Assembly (NCBI GenBank): GCA_944377165.1
Contig: CALWEJ010000004.1
Location: forward strand, 8,369 to 72,368
Origin: an uncultured Clostridia bacterium
GTDB taxonomy: Bacteria; Bacillota; Clostridia; Christensenellales; UBA1242
DNA: 64,000 nt
Direction of reading: 5' to 3'
Position 1 is the stretch's first letter, and every line of letters begins with the position of its first letter. Made by a program: the position numbers and the translations under genes. The notes under the pieces were generated by a model, which was given only the letters and a program-made list of their open reading frames with translations, did not search any database and was not told the DNA's origin. Positions 9,658 to 18,066 of this stretch are shown piece after piece.

Positions 9658-11505
9658 ATGGATAATTTAATGACAAGTGAAGAATTTGATTCTAGTATTG
9701 TAAACAATGCAGAATTAAATAATTCAAAAAAGCAAGTTAGAACTAGACGTAAACTTTCTAGTTTTAAACCTATTGACGCACCTATTGATGCGACAGTTGA
9801 AGAAAGTGAAATAAAAGTTAAACCTGAGCGCTTAGGGAAATCACACGCTAAAAATTTAAAGGTTATGTTTTTAGGCGGTATAGGCGAAATTGGTAAAAAT
9901 ATGACAGTATTAGAGTACGGAGATGACATCATTGTTATTGACTGTGGTGTAATGTTTCCATCGGTTGATATGTTAGGAATTGATTTAGTTGTTCCTGATA
10001 TAACATACCTTGTTGAGAATAAAGAGAAGATACGTGGCTTTTTGATAACACACGGACACGAAGACCATATAGGCAGTGTACCGTACGTTATGAATGAAAT
10101 TAAAGCGCCTATTTATGCCAGCAAAATGACTTGCGGTCTTATCAAGAAGAAAATGGAAGAACATAAGCGCGTAGAATATAAGACCATTGCAGTAAAAGCT
10201 AAGCAAAAGATAAAATTAGGTTGTTTTGAAATCGAATTCATTCACGTAAATCACGCTATTCCGGGAGCTTTCGCTCTTGCTATAAAGACCCCAGTCGGAA
10301 TGGTTGTCCATACAGGCGATTTTAAGATTGATTTGACCCCAATTTATGACGAGAAATTTGATTTTCATACCTTTGCAGAGTTAGGTAAACAAGGTGTTTT
10401 ACTATATATGAGTGACTCAACAAATGCAGAACGTGAAGGATATTCACTATCTGAACGTGTTGTTGGAGATACTCTTGAAAAACTCTTTATCGAAAACAAA
10501 GATAGACGTATTATAGTAGCCGCCTTTGCGTCAAACGTGGATAGAGTGCAAGAGGTTATAAATTTAGCTGAAAAGTATAAACGTAAAGTTGTTTTGACTG
10601 GTCGTAGTATGGTCAATGTGACAGACGTAGCTTGCGAAATAGGCGAAATGAAAATCAATCGTGATAATATTATCGAAGTCGAAAAAATGAAAAATTATAA
10701 CGATAGTGAAATTTTGATTTTATCTACTGGTAGCCAAGGCGAACCACATAGCGCACTTTCGCGTATGTCAACAGGCGAATTTAAGGGTATAGAAGTGGGA
10801 GAAAATGATACTGTGATTTTCTCAAGTAGTCCAATCCCGGGCAACGAAAAATCTGTAAATAACATTATCAATAAATTAATTATTCTCGGTGCTAAAGTTA
10901 TTTACAGTCAACTAGAGCAAGTCCACGCATCTGGTCACGCCTGCAAGGAAGAAATGAAGATAATGTTAAATTTAGTACGTCCTAAATATTTCATTCCTGT
11001 GCACGGCGAGCAAAAGCACCTTTTAGCGCAACGTGATACGGCAATGGCTGTCGGTATGGATAAACATAATGTGTTGTTGCCAACTTTGGGTATGCGCGTA
11101 GAAGTAAACAAGAACTATTTAAAAGCAACTGGTACTGTTCCTTTCGGTAGTAGATTAGTTGACGGCGCAGGTATAGGTGATATTGAAAGTAATGTCCAAA
11201 AAGAACGTAAACAATTAAGCGAAGACGGATTGTGTATTGTTATCTTAAATGTAAATACAAATCGTGGAGAATTAAATTCTCGTCCTGAGATTGTTTCGCG
11301 TGGATTTACTTATATGGGAGAGGCTCAAACGTGGCTTGACGATGCACGTAGCACAATCGTGAATAGCATTGACCACGATAGCTTACGCGCACGCGACTAC
11401 GTGAATGTGAAAATTGCGCTTAGAAAAGCCCTTTCTAACTATTTAAATAAAAAGCTAAAACGTCGTCCAATGATTATCCCTATTATAATTGAAAGCAATG
11501 ATTAA
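9658..11505 (+). CDS. rnj: Ribonuclease J
   Basis: Metallo-beta-lactamase/beta-CASP motifs (FLGGIGEIGKNM, ITHGHEDHIG, HASGHA) and a good RBS. An N-terminal extension of about 65 aa precedes the conserved core. Confidence 0.9.
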   Translation: MDNLMTSEEFDSSIVNNAELNNSKKQVRTRRKLSSFKPIDAPIDATVEESEIKVKPERLGKSHAKNLKVMFLGGIGEIGKNMTVLEYGDDIIVIDCGVMFPSVDMLGIDLVVPDITYLVENKEKIRGFLITHGHEDHIGSVPYVMNEIKAPIYASKMTCGLIKKKMEEHKRVEYKTIAVKAKQKIKLGCFEIEFIHVNHAIPGAFALAIKTPVGMVVHTGDFKIDLTPIYDEKFDFHTFAELGKQGVLLYMSDSTNAEREGYSLSERVVGDTLEKLFIENKDRRIIVAAFASNVDRVQEVINLAEKYKRKVVLTGRSMVNVTDVACEIGEMKINRDNIIEVEKMKNYNDSEILILSTGSQGEPHSALSRMSTGEFKGIEVGENDTVIFSSSPIPGNEKSVNNIINKLIILGAKVIYSQLEQVHASGHACKEEMKIMLNLVRPKYFIPVHGEQKHLLAQRDTAMAVGMDKHNVLLPTLGMRVEVNKNYLKATGTVPFGSRLVDGAGIGDIESNVQKERKQLSEDGLCIVILNVNTNRGELNSRPEIVSRGFTYMGEAQTWLDDARSTIVNSIDHDSLRARDYVNVKIALRKALSNYLNKKLKRRPMIIPIIIESND

Positions 11506-12082
11506 TATAGATAAAGAAATTCAATCGTACGGACAAGAAACAAAAGTGCCAATAAGTTTATTCGACACAATAAGTTTTGTGTGCGATACGATAAATAAAA
11601 ATAGTTGTAAAGAAATTTTAGAGATAGGAACGGCGATTGGATTTGGCTCTATAACTATGGCAGAGAATACAAATTTAGCGCATATTGATACGGTAGAATT
11701 AGATGGAAATCGTTATAATTTAGCCTTAAAAAATATAAAAAATCACAATTTAAATGATAAGATAACAGTTTATCATATGAATGCAATAGATTATTTAAAA
11801 GCTAATAAAAAGAAGTACGATTTTATTTATCTTGACGGACCTAAGGGGCAATATATAAACTACCTTCCTTATTTGAAGAAAGCTTTAAAAAGTGGAGGTA
11901 TTATAGTAGCAGACAATTTGCATTTTCACGGTATGGTGACAGGTGAAATACCTGTATCAAAAGGCTGTAGAGCAATGATAAAGGGCTTAAAAAATTATAT
12001 TTTAGCTATAACTACGGATAATGAGTTAGAAAGCGAAATTCTAAATATTGGTGACGGACTAGGAGTCACAAAATTAAAATAA
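11498..12082 (+). CDS. trmR: SAM-dependent O-methyltransferase, YrrM/TrmR-like (tRNA mo5U34)
   Basis: ILEIGTAIGFGS SAM-binding motif, DGPKGQY and GDGLGV, closely resembling B. subtilis YrrM. The ATG at 11498 overlaps the rnj stop. The ORF track starts at a TTG at 11489. Confidence 0.75.
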   Translation: MINIDKEIQSYGQETKVPISLFDTISFVCDTINKNSCKEILEIGTAIGFGSITMAENTNLAHIDTVELDGNRYNLALKNIKNHNLNDKITVYHMNAIDYLKANKKKYDFIYLDGPKGQYINYLPYLKKALKSGGIIVADNLHFHGMVTGEIPVSKGCRAMIKGLKNYILAITTDNELESEILNIGDGLGVTKLK

Positions 12083-12096
12083 AATTTAAAACCATA

Positions 12097-12132
12097 AAGA
12101 TAATGTTTGTTTAAATTACATTATCTTTTTTT
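12097..12132. terminator. Hairpin terminator, copy 1 of a duplicated terminator
   Basis: aagataatgt/acattatctt 10-bp stem plus a T-run. It is near-identical to 14914-14949. Confidence 0.7.
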
Positions 12133-12350
12133 AATCTAACGATTATTTATACTACTAACTTAAATTGCAAAGCATTAAATATAGATGAAAAAGAAAGAGA
12201 TGAGTCATAAGCGACATTTAAGGTTTTTAAATTAATTTATCTATTAAACAACAATATAGACATTATTTCTATTGAATTAAATGTAAAATGATTAATTACA
12301 CTATTGAAATTCTGATTTAAATGTGTTATACTAACTTTAGTAGGTGAATT

Positions 12351-14864
12351 ATGGAAGATAAAAATTTAATTCAAGAATTAGCAAAGAAGAAAAAATTATA
12401 CTTTTATAATTATGAGCCAAATTTCGACGATGGTATTTTAAAAAAGCACAATATAGAAGTATATAAAAAGATTATTAAGGGCTTTACTAAAGGGAATAAA
12501 GTACTATTCGAGCAAGCGACAGGTACAGGCAAAACTTATGTCACTTTAAAATTTTTGCACGACCACGCGGTAGGTAAACGTGTATTAGTTGTGACTCCAA
12601 GTCACGCAATTAAAGATTCGTTTATCGATACATATCGTAGCACTCTAGGTAAAGATTTTGATTGTGACTTACATATGTCACTATATCAAGGATTAAAGTC
12701 AGTTAAAGACAAAAATTATGATATAATCGTTTTTGACGAAGCGCATAGACTTGGCGCAAAGACGTGGGGACAAAATGCGGAAGAACTTATTAAAAATAAT
12801 CCGAATGCAACAATTCTCGGAATGACTGCTACTTTAGAGCGCCCTGATAAAGTAGATGTAAAAAAATATTTTGACGGCAAAAACCCTGTCTCTAAAATTA
12901 CATTAGTGCAAGCGTTAGAAAGGGGAATATTGCCTAATCCAGATTATACTCTAGCAAAAGTTGACTTTGCCGACGATGACGAGTTTATCGATTCTTCAAT
13001 TCGTGAATTGAATGAAAGATTAAGTACAGCCGACACGGAAGAAAAAGAAGAAATTAAAAACTTCATTAAGAGATTAAAAGAAGCAAAGAACGAAATTCAT
13101 AAAAGTGATGAAATTGAAGACATATTCTATAAAGAACTTAATACAGACGAATTAAAACGTGGCAAATTCATTGTCTTTTGTCCAGCAGGTGAAGAGGAAG
13201 AAGAGACTATAGAATCCTTACACAAAATGAAAGGCATAATGAAAGAGTCTTCTAACTGGTTCGATAAAATTGACGGCATAAAGAAAATAAAAAAATATAG
13301 TGTATATTCAAAATTAGGTAGAAACCGCAATAAACAAATTATAAAGAATTTTGAGCGCGACGATTCTAAAGCATTAAAACTTTTGTTCTCTATAAATATG
13401 CTTAACGAAGGATTACACGTGCACGATATAGACGGCGTAATTATGATGCGCACAACTGGGTCGAGAATTATTTACCTTCAACAGTTAGGTAGAGCATTAT
13501 CAGTAGGACATAAGCATAAGCCTAAAATTCTTGACCTAGTAGCGAATTTGAATTATGTAGATGTCTTAGATTTACAAAAGAACACTAAAGCGATTAATAA
13601 AGCGAGAGGGGACGGTCACGGCGACGGCTTTGTCGATGGACCTATGGATGATGAAATCTTAGACTTTACACTTTCAATATATAACCTAGAAGCAATGCAA
13701 CTTATTGATACTTTAAAGAAAAATATATTTGATTTCGAACACAAATTTGATTTTGATTTCGAAGATTTTAAAAACAGAATAATTCGTTGGAAAGAAATGA
13801 ATGGTGATTTAAATATAAAGCAAACTGATACCGATATAGACGGTTATCCTATAGGTCTAAAAATATACAGTATAAAGCAAGGTAATATAAAATTAACAGA
13901 TGCACAGCGGGATGAGTTAATATCATTAGGTCTAGATTTAAGCATTAAAGAAGTCAAATTTCCATTTGAGTTTAAAGATTTTAGACAAAGAATAATAGAT
14001 TGGAAAGAAAGGACTGGAGATTTAAATATAAAACAAAGAGATACCGATATAGACGGTTATCCTATAGGTCGAAAATTAGTTTATATAAAGCAAGGGCAAA
14101 TAAAACTAACAGACGCACAGCGAGAAGATTTGATATCATTAGGTCTAGATTTAAGTTTTAAAAAAGTAAAATTTCCATACGAGTTTAAAGATTTTAGACA
14201 GAGAGTAAGTGATTGGAAAGACAGAGAAGGAGATTTGATAATTAAGAAAGGTGCCTTAGATATAGATGGTTATCCTATATATGAAAAATTACAAAGTATA
14301 AAGCAAGGACTAATAAAATTAACAGACACACAGCGAGAAGAATTAATAGCATTAGGTCTAGATTTAACGATAAAGAAAATAGACAAAAACAAGAGATTTG
14401 ACTATAAAGATTTTAGACAAAGAATAAGTGATTGGAAAGAAAGGACTGGAGATTTAAATATAAAGCAAACTGATACAGATATAGATGGTTATCCTATAGG
14501 TAAAAAAATAAATTACATAAAGCAAGGTCTTATAAAACTAACAGATGTACAGCGAGAAGAATTAATAGCATTAGGTCTAGATTTAACTATAAAAGAAGTA
14601 AACTTTCCATTTATATATGAAGATTTTAAAAATAGAATAATTGCTTGGAAAGAAAGGACTGGAGATTTAAATATAAAGCAAACTGATACAGATATAGATG
14701 GTTATCCTATAGGTAAAAAAATATCAATGATAAAGTACGGGGATATAAAATTAACAGATGCACAGCGAAATGAGTTAATAGCATTAGGTCTAGATTTGAC
14801 GGTAAAGAAAAGGAAAAATACTGTTGAAGATAGCAAAGAGAGTGGTAGCGAAATAAATCAATAA
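12351..14864 (+). CDS. SF2 DEAD/DEAH (ResIII-type) helicase with five C-terminal helicase-associated (HA) domain repeats
   Basis: Walker A ATGTGKT, DEAH box VFDEAHR and helicase-C motif QQLGRALS. The C-terminal half consists of five ~71-aa repeats (DF+.RI..WKE..GDLNIKQ.DTDIDGYPIG....IKQG.IKLTD.QR.ELI.LGLDL). Confidence 0.85.
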   Translation: MEDKNLIQELAKKKKLYFYNYEPNFDDGILKKHNIEVYKKIIKGFTKGNKVLFEQATGTGKTYVTLKFLHDHAVGKRVLVVTPSHAIKDSFIDTYRSTLGKDFDCDLHMSLYQGLKSVKDKNYDIIVFDEAHRLGAKTWGQNAEELIKNNPNATILGMTATLERPDKVDVKKYFDGKNPVSKITLVQALERGILPNPDYTLAKVDFADDDEFIDSSIRELNERLSTADTEEKEEIKNFIKRLKEAKNEIHKSDEIEDIFYKELNTDELKRGKFIVFCPAGEEEEETIESLHKMKGIMKESSNWFDKIDGIKKIKKYSVYSKLGRNRNKQIIKNFERDDSKALKLLFSINMLNEGLHVHDIDGVIMMRTTGSRIIYLQQLGRALSVGHKHKPKILDLVANLNYVDVLDLQKNTKAINKARGDGHGDGFVDGPMDDEILDFTLSIYNLEAMQLIDTLKKNIFDFEHKFDFDFEDFKNRIIRWKEMNGDLNIKQTDTDIDGYPIGLKIYSIKQGNIKLTDAQRDELISLGLDLSIKEVKFPFEFKDFRQRIIDWKERTGDLNIKQRDTDIDGYPIGRKLVYIKQGQIKLTDAQREDLISLGLDLSFKKVKFPYEFKDFRQRVSDWKDREGDLIIKKGALDIDGYPIYEKLQSIKQGLIKLTDTQREELIALGLDLTIKKIDKNKRFDYKDFRQRISDWKERTGDLNIKQTDTDIDGYPIGKKINYIKQGLIKLTDVQREELIALGLDLTIKEVNFPFIYEDFKNRIIAWKERTGDLNIKQTDTDIDGYPIGKKISMIKYGDIKLTDAQRNELIALGLDLTVKKRKNTVEDSKESGSEINQ
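13746..14810 (+). repeat. Five in-frame tandem repeats (213-219 bp) encoding HA-like domains
   Basis: Repeat anchors (K/E)DF fall at 13761, 13974, 14187, 14406 and 14619. Copies 4 and 5 share a run of about 75 identical nucleotides. Confidence 0.9.
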
Positions 14865-14913
14865 TTTAATATAATTATTCTTCGTTTTCTAAAAAATATA
14901 CTCGCAAAATAAA

Positions 14914-14949
14914 AAAGATAATGTACGTTTAAATTACATTATCTTTTTT
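14914..14949. terminator. Bidirectional hairpin terminator, copy 2 of a duplicated terminator
   Basis: Same aagataatgt...acattatctt hairpin as 12097-12132, flanked by an A-run and a T-run. It sits between convergent genes. Confidence 0.7.
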
Positions 14950-14966
14950 ATTATAGTGAATGTATA

Positions 14967-15518
14967 CTATGGATTAGCTAGATTATCTTCAGGAACTTTT
15001 TTATCTTCGTCCTTTTTGATTTCCATTAGGAAATAACCGTCGTCTTTTAATTTATTAGCATTAAACCCCGTTAAATCAACATTTTGCGATGCAATCCACG
15101 GGAAATACTGACATTTTACTATCAAAGTTCTACCACCGAAGTCAATGACTTTTTTATTAATTTTGTCATATTCTTGTTCGTGTTTGAACTTGACTGATAA
15201 GCCGTAAGGAATGCCATTTTCGTTAGGAATGAAGACCATATATTTTAATTCAGAAGAAGGAATTTCAATAGATATATATTCTGGATTTTCTTTAAATTCA
15301 TCTAGTTTAGAAATGTCATATTGTTTTAAGCAACCATTTTTAGAATTAAGTTTATTTTTACCGTTATAAAAACTATTACATAAATCTATTTGCTTATTTA
15401 TACTATTTTTATGTGAAAAATATTTGCTTGGGAGCCTTCCGAAATTTGCTTGTAAATCGCTATCATAAACGTAAAAATTAGATATTGCCTTGTTCTTGCT
15501 ATATATTATGTATTTCAT
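14967..15518 (-). CDS. Hypothetical protein (183 aa)
   Basis: Long ORF with a weak RBS. No motif recognised. Confidence 0.5.
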   Translation of the reverse strand: MKYIIYSKNKAISNFYVYDSDLQANFGRLPSKYFSHKNSINKQIDLCNSFYNGKNKLNSKNGCLKQYDISKLDEFKENPEYISIEIPSSELKYMVFIPNENGIPYGLSVKFKHEQEYDKINKKVIDFGGRTLIVKCQYFPWIASQNVDLTGFNANKLKDDGYFLMEIKKDEDKKVPEDNLANP

Positions 15519-15712
15519 AAATGTCCTTTATATTTAGTATGCTTTAAGTCTATTATATTTTATTTTCGTGGTAATTATTATTACTTTCAAATTTTAAATC
15601 TAATTATCGAAGCGAAAATTATTTTACCACATACATAACAATTTTTCAAGTCATTTAATAAAATACTTGAAAAAAAGTTTGTTTTAGTTTATAATCAACA
15701 TAAGGAGCGATT

Positions 15713-16909
15713 ATGGAATTACTTGCGCCGGCTGGCGATAAAGACAAATTAATTATGGCTATAAATTACGGCGCAGACGCGGTGTACTTAGCTTCCACGC
15801 GCTTTGGATTAAGGACATTCGCAGGGAATTTTGACTTAGACGGCTTAAAATGGGCGGTTGAATACGCGCACGCACATAATGTAAAAGTTTATGTGACAGT
15901 GAATATAATACCGCACGAAAGTGATTTGAACGATTTGCCTAAATATATAGAATACTTAAACGAGATTAAAGTAGATGCAATTATTTGCGCTGACTTAGGG
16001 GTTATAAGTATAGCAAGGCGAGTTGCTCCAAACCTACATATTCACGTAAGTACACAAGCAAATATTACCAATAGCGAATCTGCGCTCATATATGTCGCAT
16101 TAGGTGTTAAACGCTTAATTTTAGCTAGAGAGATGACTCTAGATGAAATTAAAGAATTGCGCGCAAAAATTCCTAGTGATATTGAACTTGAAGCTTTTGT
16201 CCACGGCGCAATGTGCATTAGTTATTCAGGAAGGTGTCTATTATCTAATTTCTTTACTGGGCGCGATGCTAACCGTGGCGCTTGTGTGCAGGCTTGTAGG
16301 TGGAACTATGCAATAAGAGAGATAAGTAAGGATAGCGAATATCCTATTGAGGAAGATAGTCACGGTACATATATTTTGAATAGCAAAGATTTATGTATGA
16401 TAGACTACCTTGATAAATTAAAGGAAGCAGGTGTAGATTCTATTAAGATAGAAGGTCGAATGAAGACCGAATATTATGTTGCAAATATCGTCAATGCATA
16501 TCGATTAGCCTTGAATTATCTAAACGAGCATAAAACTTATAACCTACCGGACGAAATCAGGAACGAAGTCTATAAATCTAGCCATAGAGATTATTCGTGC
16601 GGATTTTATTTTGGTGACCCTAAAGAGAGTCTGGATTCAAGTTTGCCTGTAAGCGAATACGAATTTGTAGCTGTTGTATTAGAAAATAGTAGTTCAGGCA
16701 AAACAAAAGTTGAAATGCGAAATAGATTCAAAAAGGGCGAAGAATTGCAACTTTTATCTACTAGCAATAACAATGCTGTAGTGAATATAGAAAAAATTGT
16801 TGATATGGACGGAAATGACTTAGACGAATGTAAAATACCTAAGCAAGAAGTCTATGTATATACAAAAACACCGTTAGTAAAATATGAGATTTTAAGAAGG
16901 AAAAAGTGA
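15713..16909 (+). CDS. Peptidase U32 family protein (YrrN/YrrO, TrhP-like)
   Basis: N-terminal ELLAPAG......A...GADAVY and the downstream Cys-containing core are typical of U32. Confidence 0.85.
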   Translation: MELLAPAGDKDKLIMAINYGADAVYLASTRFGLRTFAGNFDLDGLKWAVEYAHAHNVKVYVTVNIIPHESDLNDLPKYIEYLNEIKVDAIICADLGVISIARRVAPNLHIHVSTQANITNSESALIYVALGVKRLILAREMTLDEIKELRAKIPSDIELEAFVHGAMCISYSGRCLLSNFFTGRDANRGACVQACRWNYAIREISKDSEYPIEEDSHGTYILNSKDLCMIDYLDKLKEAGVDSIKIEGRMKTEYYVANIVNAYRLALNYLNEHKTYNLPDEIRNEVYKSSHRDYSCGFYFGDPKESLDSSLPVSEYEFVAVVLENSSSGKTKVEMRNRFKKGEELQLLSTSNNNAVVNIEKIVDMDGNDLDECKIPKQEVYVYTKTPLVKYEILRRKK

Positions 16910-17796
16910 AGAACCCAACTAGCATATTAGTTATATATAATCCGCACGCGATGCGTGGCAAAATTGACCAACATTTGCCAAGAATTAAGCAACGCTTATC
17001 TTTGCGCTACCCTGTTGTTGATTTAATGACAAGTATGGCGGATGACGGAGCGGAAGAACTTGCTTATAAGTATGCAGGGAAATATGATATAATTATTTCG
17101 TGCGGTGGTGACGGGACACTTCATCAGGTAGTAAATGGAGTCATAAAAAGCGGAGAAAATCCAATCATTGGCATACTTCCGTACGGTACGTGCAACGATG
17201 TATCAAGAACTTTAAATATTTCGCATAATATAGATAAAGCGATTGATTCAATTCTTAGGTTAAATACTACGAAATACGATGTTTTAACGGACGGAAAAGA
17301 TTACATAGTCTATGCTCTAGCAACTGGATATTTAACAAAAGTTGCTTTTCAGACGGCAAATTCTAAAAAGAAGCGATTAGGGAGATTTGCTTACTTTCTT
17401 TCTACTTTAAAGAATTTATTTAAATTCAAAAAATTGCCGATTACAATTAAAATAAATGATGAGCGAATTCACGAAAAATTTGTCTATTTTATGTTATTTA
17501 ATGGCAGTCACGTAGGTGGATTTCACGTCGATAGAAGCGAAACAGTAGATAATTCACATTTTAAATTAATAGCGATTAAAAAGGGTAAAGGTTTAATTGC
17601 ATATTTCAATTTAATAAATTTATTTTTATTTGGAGCGAAGTCAATTAGAAAGAGCAATAATGCAATTATTCGCGATGTTAAATCAATAGAAATAGAGAAC
17701 CATTCTAACGAACCTTTTACTGTCGATGGCGAAAAAATCAAGTTTTTGAAACAAAAATTCGAAGTAAATAAACAAATAACTATGATAAAAAATTAA
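16906..17796 (+). CDS. Diacylglycerol/lipid kinase family protein (YegS/DagK-like)
   Basis: GGDGTLHQVVNG motif and a 296-aa size. A GTG start overlaps the upstream stop. Confidence 0.8.
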   Translation: MKNPTSILVIYNPHAMRGKIDQHLPRIKQRLSLRYPVVDLMTSMADDGAEELAYKYAGKYDIIISCGGDGTLHQVVNGVIKSGENPIIGILPYGTCNDVSRTLNISHNIDKAIDSILRLNTTKYDVLTDGKDYIVYALATGYLTKVAFQTANSKKKRLGRFAYFLSTLKNLFKFKKLPITIKINDERIHEKFVYFMLFNGSHVGGFHVDRSETVDNSHFKLIAIKKGKGLIAYFNLINLFLFGAKSIRKSNNAIIRDVKSIEIENHSNEPFTVDGEKIKFLKQKFEVNKQITMIKN

Positions 17797-17841
17797 TGCT
17801 TATCTAAGCATTTTTTTTTATTATTAATAATAGTATTATTT

Positions 17842-18066
17842 ATGAGTTTAAATAATGTTAAGTTAAATACGCCTTGTATTATTAAAGAAATAAATGTAGA
17901 AGAAAAAACTAAATTGCGTTTAATGGAGTTAGGTCTAATAAATGGAGCGGTTATAACGGTCAAAAATAAAAGTGTTTTAAAGCACACGCTTTTAGTCGCT
18001 TTTAATTATTCTTGCTTTACATTAAAGGACAACCTTGCTCAATTAATTGAGGTCAATTATGTATAA
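17842..18066 (+). CDS. feoA: Ferrous iron transport protein A
   Basis: 74-aa FeoA-like protein (LMELGL..G..I.V) immediately upstream of and overlapping feoB. Confidence 0.8.
   Translation: MSLNNVKLNTPCIIKEINVEEKTKLRLMELGLINGAVITVKNKSVLKHTLLVAFNYSCFTLKDNLAQLIEVNYV

Noticed and set aside
13746-14810. Regular ~215-bp repeats considered as a possible CRISPR or satellite array
   Set aside because: The repeats are far longer than CRISPR repeats and have no unique spacers. They are in frame within a continuous helicase ORF and encode a recognisable protein domain.
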